Shown: positions 1 through 9,834, counted from the stretch's first letter. The stretch: DNA of 64,000 nucleotides from an uncultured Lachnospiraceae bacterium (GCA_964603455.1 CAZRVL010000001.1:17031-81030), one strand, 5' to 3'. The notes: generated by a model not told the origin, from the letters alone. Program-made: numbers and translations.

Positions 1-217
1 CATATACAGTCTCAGTTTCATCGAAAATATATTCGGGAACTTCCGTGACTGTCTCACGTGGTAAATTCGCGATCTCTGCTAATCTTTCAAGAGCCTGACG
101 CGCAGATCTGTCAGCCATTTGATCTGTATATATGTTATAGCCTGCGATAAAAAGAGCCACTGCGATAAGCAGCAGCCCTATCGTTATCAAAGCAAGTCCG
201 CATTTAGCTCTTCTCAT
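1..217 (-). CDS. Sortase-like membrane-anchored protein, N-terminal fragment (gene runs off the left edge)
   Basis: Not in the ORF track because no stop lies in the window. Manual translation from ATG 217: MRRAKCGLALITIGLLLIAVALFIAGYNIYTDQMADRSARQALERLAEIANLPRETVTEVPEYIFDETETVY. This is a short basic N-terminus plus one TM helix, as in sortase anchors. The ATG overlaps the end of the upstream pilin gene by 14 nt. Confidence 0.4.
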   Translation of the reverse strand, partial: MRRAKCGLALITIGLLLIAVALFIAGYNIYTDQMADRSARQALERLAEIANLPRETVTEVPEYIFDETETVY

Positions 218-1274
218 CGCGGAATACTCCTCTTAAGCATATAATACCTGCCACGATGAATGCTAAGCCGACAGCCGTAAACAGTGGAACAGGCCACCAT
301 ATCTGACCGGTCTGCGGTAGTATCGGAGCATTTTCATCCGGAACAGATGTAGTATCTGCCACACTCGAACTATCCGATGTGCTGTCCGTTTCGGTATCTG
401 TCACAGCATCAACTGTGGTTTCAAGCTCTGTTGATGCTACTGTGGTATCCTCATACTGTGTGGTACCATCCGGCGGAGTTTCGGTCGTATCATCATTACC
501 TGTAGTGTCGGTCGTGTCCTCAGGTTCGTCAGGCTCAGAATGCTTATTTGTTATTACAAACGTAATACCTTCCTGAGTTATCGTCACGACATATCCATCG
601 ATCTCATCCTCGGCAACCGTCCATTTGCTGTTCGGATCGAGTCCTTCCCATGCATAACGCCAGTTGTTTTCCTCATTCAGGACAATCTTATCATATACTT
701 TTCCATCCTTTAGAAGATATACGACTATCTCTCGCGGACGCTCGGCTTCGAAACCCTCGTCATCCCAGACCTTCAAAACCTTGCGGTTCACCGTATCGTC
801 CTCTTTCGGAACATCCTCGGAATCAAACTTTGCATTCACCGTCAGATCATCTTCAAGAAGCACAGTAAACGGAGCAAAATCGTATATCTTGCCGTTTTGA
901 GTATGCCTGTCGGTGATTACAAGATAAAATCCTGCCGAAAGTCCATCGAATACCGCATATCCTTCACTGTTCGATGACACTTTGTCATAAGGTTCAAGTG
1001 CATCGCGGCGGACGAAGCCTTCGAGAGTGTATGCGAGAGAACGCGAATCAAACTCGACATTATATTTTTTAAAATTATCGGATACAGTAAGCTCACCGTA
1101 TCTGTCTTTCTCTGCAACAAGAAATATTTCAAATCCTACTCCACATAAAGGAACTTTTTTGTCTTTGCAGGAGATCGTCAAAGCTATAGAATCATTTGCT
1201 GTGACAGACAGAGCCGAGCATATGATCATCAATATACTCAGTATCACAGCGAATATACGTTTATTCATTTTCAT
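204..1274 (-). CDS. LPXTG-anchored Cna-B-domain pilin (putative minor/basal pilin)
   Basis: SD AAGGAGG lies inside the sortase 3' end; the best-spaced ATG is 1274 (MKMNKRIF, signal peptide). Cna-B signature KVLKVWDDEGFEAERPREIVVYLLKDGKVYDKIVL...WTVAEDEIDGYVVTI. T/D/E/S-rich stalk, then LPQTG, a hydrophobic helix and a basic tail. Confidence 0.75.
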   Translation of the reverse strand: MKMNKRIFAVILSILMIICSALSVTANDSIALTISCKDKKVPLCGVGFEIFLVAEKDRYGELTVSDNFKKYNVEFDSRSLAYTLEGFVRRDALEPYDKVSSNSEGYAVFDGLSAGFYLVITDRHTQNGKIYDFAPFTVLLEDDLTVNAKFDSEDVPKEDDTVNRKVLKVWDDEGFEAERPREIVVYLLKDGKVYDKIVLNEENNWRYAWEGLDPNSKWTVAEDEIDGYVVTITQEGITFVITNKHSEPDEPEDTTDTTGNDDTTETPPDGTTQYEDTTVASTELETTVDAVTDTETDSTSDSSSVADTTSVPDENAPILPQTGQIWWPVPLFTAVGLAFIVAGIICLRGVFRDEKS

Positions 1275-2106
1275 CGGCATCCTCCTTATCTCCGGGCTTT
1301 ACGCACAAAAGCACGGTCAATAAAATGATCAAAAGCGGTATCGCAACGATCGGTGCAACGATCAGCGGATCTATCTGCACGGCATCGGCGGTAACACGCG
1401 CTATCTTTGCTTCTTCGATATTTTCTATTCTATGTCCGCGGACAAGTAGACGGTGAGTATTTATTCCGTAAGGTGTACAGGTGACTATCGTACAATAATC
1501 CTGCCCTTCAACGATCTGCAAAGCATCGGTATCCTGAGGTTCAACTATCAATATCTGATCGACTTCATATGTCAATACCTCGTCAAGCACGCGGAGCATG
1601 AATAGAGAACCGTTCTGAAGCTTATCCAAATTAGTGAACAGCTTCGCGCTCGGAAGTCCTCGGTGTCCCGATAAAACGCAGTGTGTGCTTTTACCGCCGG
1701 TCGGAAGACTCGACCATTCGAGATGGCCGACGGCGATCTGAAGGACAGCTTCATCCGTACCGTGGTATATTGGTAGAGAACAATTTATCTCGGGTATCTC
1801 GATATATCCCATAATTCCAAGTCCCGAAAGATTCAACAGACTGTCGTAAAGCGATTTCTGCTCATCATCGAGCAAGTATGAATTTTCACGCCCGACAAGC
1901 GAAGCATTGTAATCCTTTGCAGCATTCCAAAGTTCATCATATTTGTCAGTATCAAGGTTAGCGACTTCCTCTGCATAGCCGGCTATCGCCTTTGACTGAT
2001 GCAAGGAGTTCCAATAATCGCTTACCGATGGGTACAACAGCAAGGAGAGACCTGCAAAAAGTATTAGAACCAGAAACAGGTTTGTATGGCTTTTATGTTT
2101 TTTCAT
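1261..2106 (-). CDS. srtC: Class C (pilus-polymerising) sortase
   Basis: Active-site motif YCTIVTCTPYGINTHRLLVRGHR, conserved His in VLSGHRGLP, and N- and C-terminal TM segments. SD AAGGAGA sits 8 nt before ATG 2106, so the track start 2142 is an upstream extension. Confidence 0.85.
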   Translation of the reverse strand: MKKHKSHTNLFLVLILFAGLSLLLYPSVSDYWNSLHQSKAIAGYAEEVANLDTDKYDELWNAAKDYNASLVGRENSYLLDDEQKSLYDSLLNLSGLGIMGYIEIPEINCSLPIYHGTDEAVLQIAVGHLEWSSLPTGGKSTHCVLSGHRGLPSAKLFTNLDKLQNGSLFMLRVLDEVLTYEVDQILIVEPQDTDALQIVEGQDYCTIVTCTPYGINTHRLLVRGHRIENIEEAKIARVTADAVQIDPLIVAPIVAIPLLIILLTVLLCVKPGDKEDADENE

Positions 2107-2121
2107 TGCAGGTATCTCCTT

Positions 2122-2140
2122 GCCGCTGCAAAGCAGCGGC
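2122..2140 (-). other. Intercistronic GC-rich hairpin between the major pilin and sortase genes
   Basis: Minus strand reads GCCGCTGC-TTT-GCAGCGGC (8-bp perfect stem), followed directly by the sortase SD. There is no U-run. Confidence 0.6.
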
Positions 2141-2162
2141 ATAATTTAACGAATTTGCATTA

Positions 2163-3629
2163 TCAGCCCTTGATATTCATGCGCTTTCTGGTAACGAGCA
2201 GAACCGCCGCACCTACGCACATTACAGAACCGAGAATGTAGAATATTGTAGTACCGATACCACCGGTCGAAGGAAGCTCAGTACCGGACTGGTTGTTTAC
2301 CTTAGCAACAACAGTAGTATAAGTGAGATCATCGGAATCTTCTCCCTTAGTAGCACCGGTGATGATAACTTCAACATCTTCGGAAAGCTTGTTATATCCG
2401 TCGGGTGCTTTTACCTCACGGAGATAATAAGTATCAGCATCAAGACCATCGATCTCGATCTTACCGTTTTCATCGGTGGTGAGAACGGTATTTTCGGGCC
2501 ATGTGATCGTGCCGCCATTAGCCTCTGGAACATCAACCCAACCTGTAAACTTGCCTTCAACGACAGTAGCTACCTTATCCTTATCTTCATTAAGGAGTAC
2601 GAACTCAGCACCTTCAAGAACTTTTGCTTCGTTTCCGTTTGCATACTTAAGTACATCCATATCCCATGTATAAGTAGTAGTGCTGCTCGGAGGTGTTACC
2701 TTTGTGTTAGTGCTGTCACCATAGCTGAGCGAGCTTTCGTTGGGGTTGCCGGGGAGACCTACAACTGCATTTTCATTGACGGTTGCGGTATAGGAAATGA
2801 CTATCTGATCATTAGCTTCAAGAGTATCGCAGAAAGCCTGAGTAAATTCGACTTCGAAGGTGCAGTCATCATTAAGACCTTCTGTCTTAACGGTGTAATA
2901 TTCTGCATCAACTTCTGTACCGTTCAATGTGATTCCGGTAACACCTGTGTAGGTGAGACCATCGGACATCTTATCGTGGAAAACATAGTTTTCAGCACCT
3001 GCCTGAGCGGTGATGGTGCTCTTGAAGTTTACAGTCTGATTTATATCAGCATCGTTATGATCGCCATATACACCGTTCGAATCCTCTTCAACGGTCTTTA
3101 CATTCTCTGGAGCAACGTTCTTTTCCTGTATGCTGACCTCGGGATTGATAGTATCGAGAGAGCAGAGAGTACCGAGAGTGGTATCAACGAGGTAGTAACC
3201 GAGGTTGAGGTTTTCGAATACTACAGTTGTACTTTCAGCAGTCTTTTCGCCCTGATTGGAACCGAGAGTCTTTGCATATGCCTGTGCAAGCTTAGCAAAT
3301 TCTGCCGCATCGGCATTTTCTACCCATGTTACGTATCCGTCATCATCAACGTTTACATAAGTACCTTCGATTCCATTACCGCTGATGAAATCTTCCCAGT
3401 CGGGAGCGACCGTGTAAGCATACGCATCATTGTCGGTGTCGTAGCTCTCAAGCACGAAGATCTGGTAGACAGTGTATTTCTGACCTACGACTGCGTTTGT
3501 GATAGTGATCTTACCACTATCATCGTTAGTTCCCGCAATTCTGCCGTCAGCCGCATACGCGGGACATACGAACGCGAAAACCATCATGACTGCCAGCAAA
3601 AGTGCGGCAAATCTCTTTGAATTTTTCAT
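2163..3629 (-). CDS. Major (backbone) pilin, LPXTG-anchored
   Basis: Signal peptide MKNSKRFAALLLAVMMVFAFVCPAYA, E-box-like YYLREVKAPDGYNKL, and C-terminal LPSTGG plus TM plus RKRMNIKG. It sits between the tip adhesin and the class C sortase. Confidence 0.75.
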   Translation of the reverse strand: MKNSKRFAALLLAVMMVFAFVCPAYAADGRIAGTNDDSGKITITNAVVGQKYTVYQIFVLESYDTDNDAYAYTVAPDWEDFISGNGIEGTYVNVDDDGYVTWVENADAAEFAKLAQAYAKTLGSNQGEKTAESTTVVFENLNLGYYLVDTTLGTLCSLDTINPEVSIQEKNVAPENVKTVEEDSNGVYGDHNDADINQTVNFKSTITAQAGAENYVFHDKMSDGLTYTGVTGITLNGTEVDAEYYTVKTEGLNDDCTFEVEFTQAFCDTLEANDQIVISYTATVNENAVVGLPGNPNESSLSYGDSTNTKVTPPSSTTTYTWDMDVLKYANGNEAKVLEGAEFVLLNEDKDKVATVVEGKFTGWVDVPEANGGTITWPENTVLTTDENGKIEIDGLDADTYYLREVKAPDGYNKLSEDVEVIITGATKGEDSDDLTYTTVVAKVNNQSGTELPSTGGIGTTIFYILGSVMCVGAAVLLVTRKRMNIKG

Positions 3630-3680
3630 AACAAAAATTCCTTTCTTAATATAAAAATTTTAAAATAAACATTTTTGAGA

Positions 3681-3713
3681 GCAGGAAGAAGAATCAATCG
3701 TCATTCTTCCTGC
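3681..3713 (-). other. Hairpin straddling the tip-adhesin stop codon
   Basis: GCAGGAAGAA (3681-3690) pairs with TTCTTCCTGC (3704-3713), a 10-bp stem with a 13-nt loop containing the stop at 3694-3696. No clean U-run follows. Confidence 0.5.
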
Positions 3714-6700
3714 GTTTTGAATTTGTATAGGCTATGAGCAATACCGAACTGCATATCAAAACAGCTCCGCTTATAACATATACCTCACTTCCTGACCCTC
3801 CGGTCTGCGGAAGCTCATAATAAACTCGGTTTTCAATGCTGCCGTTCCACGCAGCTTCATCACCGTTGACAAGGACTGTTATTTCGTCATATGCAATTAT
3901 AACGGTATATTCCTTGCCGTTTGAAACATATCCATCGGGTATCTTGGTCTCGGTAAGCTTATATATGTGACCGGAAGGTATGCCATCGAAGTAAACACTT
4001 CCGTCAGCTCCGGATACCGCGACCATATCGAGAAGTTCAACACACCCACCGTCTCCGTGACATCCGCTGCACGCGGCTGTGTCGTGGGACAGAGTAAATT
4101 CCGCTCCTTGAAGCGGACTTCCGCGTGTATCGACCTTATCAAATTCCAGTTCGCCGATATATCCGAATACAGATGGTATCGGGAAATCTATCTCCTTTGA
4201 TTCGGAGACTTCACTTGTTCCATTGATCTCCTTTATGACCTTATACTGCAATGTCGTTTCGCCGTTGGTATCATATATATCCCTTTCGACAAATCCATCG
4301 TTTTCGTTTTTCAATCGAACTCTGTAGACAAGCTGATAGGTATATATAGTTTTATCTCCGTTTTTCGATTCGACATAACCAGATCGTTTGAGATCCCATG
4401 TGATCTTTTCTCCGGCAAATGATGCGGTGTTTTCTGCACCATAGGAATGCTCACCGTAAAGATCGCCCTCGATCAGCTTAGGACTCTTATCGTAAAATCC
4501 GATAAATTCGATGTCCTTAATAAGATTTGCGATAGGCGGCATAGGGTCTTCGGCAACCCAGTCAGCCTCGGAAGCATTTGTGACCTCCTGCTTTATTGTT
4601 TCGAAAATCTGATTGTAAGCACCGATCAATCCGGCGGTGTTGGTACTGTCGTAGTAATAGCCTGAGCCGATGCTGTTGCCGAGCCAGTTTTTGTAAGCTG
4701 ATTCATCAGCCGCACCTCCGATTTCGTATGTAGTTCCGGTACGGTCAATGACAGAGAATCCATCCTTTGCAGTATGTGTATCATAGCCTGCAATCGTCTG
4801 ACCGCCGACATCAACGCCTATCGAGAATATAGTAGTTCCGGAATTTTTTATTGAAGTTGCCATCTTTCTTGCACGGATAGCCGCTTCATCACTGTAGCTT
4901 GTTCCGTATAAGCAAGGAGCTCCTATATTATAGTCATAAAATCTTCCGGTAGAATCATACGGGTCGTAGCCGTTATAACCGCTTTCAATATAAGTTGTAG
5001 GGAAGCCGTCACTGAGGAATATTATAAACTTGTTTTTGTTTGAAACGCCGTCCAACATATCAGAAGCCATCTTAAGTCCGGCTTCAATGTTTGTAAACCG
5101 GCTGTGACTTTCTCCATATCCACCGGCATTTATAATTTTTCCTGTTGCGGTACGCATAGTATTTTTCAGCGCATTTGCCTCAGCGTAACTGGTACAAGAC
5201 TCAAGACCGAATATTTCATGCGCATCTGTATTGAATGCAACATATCCGATCTTACTAACGCCGAGAATATTGCTTTCGGCGAACTTATCGAGAAAATCCT
5301 CTGCTGCATCCATTGCGGCTTGATAGCGAGTTATACCGCCGAAGTCATCTGTCATAGTGTTAGAAATATCCATGACGATAACGACTGCCATATCAGGTTC
5401 TTTAACGACTTCTTCGATCTTAGATGTGGTGCTGACCTTCAGAGTTATATCAAAGACATTCTCCAAGTCAGTGCCTTCTATAGTCTTGCTGACTGATACT
5501 CCATCGTCCGGATTTTCATTAGAACCGCCATGGTCTTCGATTTGAACATCTGACGGAGACACAGGTTTGTCATCGGACTCTTCCGAGCCTTCATCATCAA
5601 CGAAATATGCAAAATCGTAATCTTCCTCGGTATAATACGCATAATCGCTGTATTCCTCGAACCATCCGCTTTCAACCAAAGCCTTCCAGTTGTCACCGTG
5701 CGAAGGCTCGGCAATTCTGTTCGGGTCGCATGACTTCACGTCAAGCAGCTTCAAAAGCTCATTATACTGTGCCTTAGTCAGCTTTCCCTCATGATATGCC
5801 AATTCGATCTCGTCTTCAAGCTCGACAGCTTCGATCTCAGGCTCTTTTATCTCATCTATGCGTGATTCAAAAAGCTCATAGAATTTCTGCTGCTGTTCGG
5901 GTGTGTAAAGTGCTATAACCGTATATTCGGCAGATACAGCTGTCAATTTTTCAGTAACTTCATGCTCTGCACAAATATCATCCCATGCTCCGTACACAGA
6001 AGCCGCACCGAGTGTAAGAGAAATATTATCTCCGACCTCTGCATTGTTGACTTTAAGCGAAATACTGCCTTCCGCGCTTTCGGGTATCTTCATATCCTTA
6101 TATCCGACAAGCACCTGAGAGCCTTCGTCCTCGATTATATCAGCTTCATCAAACCATGATATATCCGCAAATTCGACTTTTTCGGAGTTGAACGGAAGAA
6201 CAAATTCATATTTTATCCGTCCGTGTTCGAAAATATCTCCGGTATACGAATCGGCTGAAAGCTCGAAGTTAAATACTATCGTTCCGCCGCTTGCGACCAG
6301 ATACTCGGTATCATCCTCTCTGCCCTCGACATATGTATCACCGAAAGTCAAGCCGCTGACATACGCACTGTCATCCTTAAGGAGCGGAATACGACCGTCT
6401 GTTAGATCGGATATGAGCTTCTCAATCTCTGCCAGCTCATTTTCGATAGAGATCGGCTCTTCACGCTCGGCATTCAGCTTTTCACACTCCCCACGAACAT
6501 AATCTATCATATCGCGAAGCTCTGCAATATAAGCTTCAAGCCCCTCGTTATCGCCATCCGCATAATATCCTTCGATATTCTCGGTGATCTCCTTATCGGA
6601 CGGAAGTATTTCAAGCAACTTCTTGGCTTCCTTCGGCAGATCTTGAACATCCTTCTTTTCTTCAAGCCCGCAGATGAGTTCGCCATCCTTATAGCACTTT

Positions 6701-7491
6701 TCGGAATGAATATGCTCTACATCATCCTTTGTGGTATCTTTCGGATCTTCAACAGTCGAATCGTTCCAATCATGCTTTCCAAACGATGACCACAGATCAT
6801 CGAAATTACCAAACGACCATGAATGACCGAATGATGTTTCGGTAGATGAAGTCTCAGCAGTAGTTTCCTCGATCACCGAATCAACACCACCGGATGATTC
6901 TACAGACGTGTCAATCGACATATCGAAAGATGTATCGCTCGAAATATCAGTCTCAACGGTCGTTTCATCCGATTCTGCTGTGCTCTCATCAAATGTAGTT
7001 TCGGGGACTTCGGTATCAGATACCACTTCATCCGTCGTTATCTCATCAGAGCCCGTCGTCTCATATGAAGCATCAGACTCATCCTTCGACTCTGTGGTTT
7101 CCTCAAAAGCCGTGTCATCTGTGCTTTCAGCAGACGTAATTTCATCAGATGTATCTACGTCTTTAATAGCTACATCTAAAGTTTCTTCGTTTTGATCATC
7201 AGATGTAACATCACTCGGCGGATCGGAATCGGCTTCATCTGATGTATTCGATGAAATATCCGAAGTCTCCGACTCAATCTCATAGGATGAATCGAATGGG
7301 AAGAACCATTCGTTTTCGGGAAATACATATCCGCTCTTTTCACGTTCAAGCGTTATCGCAGGCAGTATAAGAGCATATGTCGTGCAGAATACCACCGCGG
7401 CTGCAAGGAACACTACCAGCTTATACCACCGCGATCTTCGCTTATGCGCCTTTGCATATTTGTCGGCGTCCTTCAAAACGCCCTTTTTCAT
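3694..7491 (-). CDS. Pilus tip adhesin with a von Willebrand factor A domain, LPXTG-anchored
   Basis: A full SD AAAGGAGGTGATC precedes ATG 7491 (MKKGVLKD). Long n-region signal peptide; acidic S/T/D/E-rich region of about 170 aa; vWFA/MIDAS-like VVIVMDISNTMTDD; C-terminal Cna-B-like domains (KLTETKIPDGYVSNGKEYTV); LPQTGGSG plus TM plus KRRKNDD. Confidence 0.75.
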   Translation of the reverse strand: MKKGVLKDADKYAKAHKRRSRWYKLVVFLAAAVVFCTTYALILPAITLEREKSGYVFPENEWFFPFDSSYEIESETSDISSNTSDEADSDPPSDVTSDDQNEETLDVAIKDVDTSDEITSAESTDDTAFEETTESKDESDASYETTGSDEITTDEVVSDTEVPETTFDESTAESDETTVETDISSDTSFDMSIDTSVESSGGVDSVIEETTAETSSTETSFGHSWSFGNFDDLWSSFGKHDWNDSTVEDPKDTTKDDVEHIHSEKCYKDGELICGLEEKKDVQDLPKEAKKLLEILPSDKEITENIEGYYADGDNEGLEAYIAELRDMIDYVRGECEKLNAEREEPISIENELAEIEKLISDLTDGRIPLLKDDSAYVSGLTFGDTYVEGREDDTEYLVASGGTIVFNFELSADSYTGDIFEHGRIKYEFVLPFNSEKVEFADISWFDEADIIEDEGSQVLVGYKDMKIPESAEGSISLKVNNAEVGDNISLTLGAASVYGAWDDICAEHEVTEKLTAVSAEYTVIALYTPEQQQKFYELFESRIDEIKEPEIEAVELEDEIELAYHEGKLTKAQYNELLKLLDVKSCDPNRIAEPSHGDNWKALVESGWFEEYSDYAYYTEEDYDFAYFVDDEGSEESDDKPVSPSDVQIEDHGGSNENPDDGVSVSKTIEGTDLENVFDITLKVSTTSKIEEVVKEPDMAVVIVMDISNTMTDDFGGITRYQAAMDAAEDFLDKFAESNILGVSKIGYVAFNTDAHEIFGLESCTSYAEANALKNTMRTATGKIINAGGYGESHSRFTNIEAGLKMASDMLDGVSNKNKFIIFLSDGFPTTYIESGYNGYDPYDSTGRFYDYNIGAPCLYGTSYSDEAAIRARKMATSIKNSGTTIFSIGVDVGGQTIAGYDTHTAKDGFSVIDRTGTTYEIGGAADESAYKNWLGNSIGSGYYYDSTNTAGLIGAYNQIFETIKQEVTNASEADWVAEDPMPPIANLIKDIEFIGFYDKSPKLIEGDLYGEHSYGAENTASFAGEKITWDLKRSGYVESKNGDKTIYTYQLVYRVRLKNENDGFVERDIYDTNGETTLQYKVIKEINGTSEVSESKEIDFPIPSVFGYIGELEFDKVDTRGSPLQGAEFTLSHDTAACSGCHGDGGCVELLDMVAVSGADGSVYFDGIPSGHIYKLTETKIPDGYVSNGKEYTVIIAYDEITVLVNGDEAAWNGSIENRVYYELPQTGGSGSEVYVISGAVLICSSVLLIAYTNSKRRKNDD

Positions 7492-7524
7492 AGACTCGAT
7501 CACCTCCTTTTTACAAAAGATTTA

Positions 7525-8109
7525 TCAATTCACTTCTCCAAACGAATCAATAGGCCATACTCTGAAAACTATTTTTCCGACTACCTGCTCCTCCGAAACA
7601 CATCCTACCGATGTATTTCTCGAATCCACAGAAGTAGAACGTTTGTCACCCATGCAGAAATAGCGGTTATCCGGAACTTGATACGGCAATTCGATATTGC
7701 AGTCTCCAAGTGCTTTATCGGTCAAATACGGTTCATCGAGCAGTACTTCGTCCACATATACATTGCCCTCCTCGTCTATATCGACCCATTGCCCCGGACG
7801 TGCTATGCAGCGTTTTACCAAAACCTTGTTTCCAATATAAAAAGCCACAAGGTCTCCGGCTTCGAATTTAGATCCCTTAAGGCATACAACAATATCACCT
7901 TCACTCAATGTCGGAACCATCGAAGTACCGTATATCTGCAATACCGGCATAAATATCGTCGCGACCAACACAGCGACCGCGGCGGCTACTATTAATGTAC
8001 ATACCGTACTTCTGAACGCTTTACGATAGCGTCGATTATATCTGACTCGCTTGAGCTCACTCGAAAGCTGTTCAAGCGTTGGAGCACTAATATCAGTCTT
8101 CTTCGCCAT
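7525..8109 (-). CDS. Type I signal peptidase (S26 family) encoded inside the pilus operon
   Basis: Catalytic boxes GTSMVPTL, VKRCIARPG and GDKRSTSVDSR, plus an N-terminal TM. SD GAGGG lies 5 nt before ATG 8109, which sits inside the last 17 nt of the upstream gene. Confidence 0.8.
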   Translation of the reverse strand: MAKKTDISAPTLEQLSSELKRVRYNRRYRKAFRSTVCTLIVAAAVAVLVATIFMPVLQIYGTSMVPTLSEGDIVVCLKGSKFEAGDLVAFYIGNKVLVKRCIARPGQWVDIDEEGNVYVDEVLLDEPYLTDKALGDCNIELPYQVPDNRYFCMGDKRSTSVDSRNTSVGCVSEEQVVGKIVFRVWPIDSFGEVN

Positions 8110-8569
8110 TCGAACCCTCAACAGGTGTTGAAATAGCCGATTGGAGCGTTGAACGCAAAGCGTCTTGATTGTTTAGTATGACAGTAGCACGCTCGACCAC
8201 GGCACGCCAGTATGCCTCAGCCTTAGCACGTATCTTATCGCCCTCATCAGCGGCATTTTTCAAAATATCAGCCGCTTCTTTCTCGGCATTTTCACGTATA
8301 GAGCGACATTCATTTTCGGTATTATCATTTAGCCGCTCGATATTTTCAAGATACTGCTTAGCCGCCTTCTCAGCCGCTTCAAATACACCGTTGAGCAGGA
8401 GCGAAGCCTCGGCAATCGAACCGGCATTTTCAATATTGATCTGTCGGTCGGTCAACTTCGCGCTTGACGCTTCGATCTGCTTTTTTAATCTTTCGTTTTC
8501 TTCGGTCTGTGAGATCAACAGCTCAAGCAGCTCGGTTCGGCTGAGCTTTTGCAGTTCCTTATCTGTCAC
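8093..8569 (-). CDS. Coiled-coil protein of unknown function, first gene of the pilus operon
   Basis: GTG start with SD GGGAGA 6 nt upstream. Heptad-rich E/K/A sequence and no TM. Its end overlaps the signal peptidase start. Confidence 0.5.
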   Translation of the reverse strand: MTDKELQKLSRTELLELLISQTEENERLKKQIEASSAKLTDRQINIENAGSIAEASLLLNGVFEAAEKAAKQYLENIERLNDNTENECRSIRENAEKEAADILKNAADEGDKIRAKAEAYWRAVVERATVILNNQDALRSTLQSAISTPVEGSNGEED

Positions 8570-8610
8570 GTGGCATCTCCCATTCTTCGTTTGGATTATT
8601 TTCGTTAAAT

Positions 8611-8639
8611 ATTATATAACACATTTAAAGATCTGTCAA
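8611..8639 (-). promoter_or_regulatory. Sigma-A type promoter of the pilus operon
   Basis: Minus strand reads TTGACA (8639-8634), a 17-nt spacer, then TATAAT (8616-8611), about 40 nt upstream of the GTG at 8569. Confidence 0.7.
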
Positions 8640-8883
8640 GTCATATAAGTTTAATAAATTGTAAAATTCATGCAAAATCAAACATTTCGGTCGTGCTTTT
8701 GGTTATTATGTCTATTATTTTTTGCTTTCTCAATTGTTTTTTCGAACCGATATTCAACCAAGACGCGCAAAAGAACGATTTTATTTATTTCAAAATAAAA
8801 CTTTCGTATACACTTTTTCGCAAAGCACCTGAATATCTCACGAAGCTTTAATTAATAATATCTTTAAAGGAGATGATAAAAAT

Positions 8884-9834
8884 ATGTGTACTGCCGTGAA
8901 TTTCGGAAAATATTTCGGACGGAATCTCGATAATGAACGCTCATTCGGTGAAAATATAGCTGTGACTCCGCGAAATTTCAAGATCGAGCTGCGCTCCGGA
9001 AAAAGCATATCTTCTCACAAAGCCATGATGGGCATGGCGCATATAAGAAACGGCATTCCGCTCTACTACGACTGCATAAACGAAGTTGGACTGTATATGG
9101 CAGGATTGAATTTTTATGAAGCCGCATACAGACCGCCGTCAGATAAACTTGAAAATATCGCTTCATTTGAGCTTATACCTTATATTTTGTCATATTGTTC
9201 GACTGTAGACGATGCTATAATAATGTTGAAGAAAATAAATCTTACAAACGTGTGCTTCGAACCAGAACTTCTACCCTCTCCGCTGCATTGGATGATTGCA
9301 GACGATAAAAGATCGATAGCCGTAGAATCGACTATCGACCGAATAAATATTTACGAAAATCCGGCAGGAGTGCTCACAAACAGTCCCAATCTTCCAACAC
9401 AGCTGTTTAGCTTGAACAGCTTTATCAAGCTTTCGCCGAAGGCACCGAAAAATAGCTTTGGAATACCGCTCAAAAAGTATAGCCGCGGTATGGGTACGAT
9501 AGGACTTCCGGGAGATCTGTCTTCAAATTCAAGATTCGTGCGCGCTGCATTCGTAAGAGCCAATTCAAAGTATTCAGACAAAAGCTCAGACAATATAAGC
9601 CAATTCTTTCACATACTAAATTCGGTCGAGCAACCATTCGGATGCTGTGAGCTCGAAAGCGGTGAATATGAATACACTATCTATCAAAGCTGCATCGACT
9701 CGGATAGCTCGACATATTATTATCGAACCTATTATGATCAAAGGATACGCTCGGTATCGCTAAAAAACGAATATCTCGACATGGACAGAATAATATCCTT
9801 CGAACTTGAAAACGGTGAAGAAATCTCAATTTAA
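8884..9834 (+). CDS. Choloylglycine hydrolase family Ntn-hydrolase (bile salt hydrolase / penicillin V acylase-like)
   Basis: N-terminal MCTAV with nucleophile Cys2, the GRNLD motif, and about 316 aa. SD AAAGGAGA upstream. Confidence 0.8.
   Translation: MCTAVNFGKYFGRNLDNERSFGENIAVTPRNFKIELRSGKSISSHKAMMGMAHIRNGIPLYYDCINEVGLYMAGLNFYEAAYRPPSDKLENIASFELIPYILSYCSTVDDAIIMLKKINLTNVCFEPELLPSPLHWMIADDKRSIAVESTIDRINIYENPAGVLTNSPNLPTQLFSLNSFIKLSPKAPKNSFGIPLKKYSRGMGTIGLPGDLSSNSRFVRAAFVRANSKYSDKSSDNISQFFHILNSVEQPFGCCELESGEYEYTIYQSCIDSDSSTYYYRTYYDQRIRSVSLKNEYLDMDRIISFELENGEEISI

Noticed and set aside
8624-8868. A 9-bp inverted repeat (TTTAAAGAT at 8624-8632 and ATCTTTAAA at 8860-8868) brackets the pilus/hydrolase intergenic region. 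One arm lies inside the pilus promoter spacer, which suggested an invertible promoter switch.
   Set aside because: The repeat is only 9 bp in an AT-rich 300-bp region, so chance is plausible. No recombinase gene is adjacent, and inversion would separate the -35 from the -10 without creating an obvious alternative promoter. It would need read-level evidence of both orientations.
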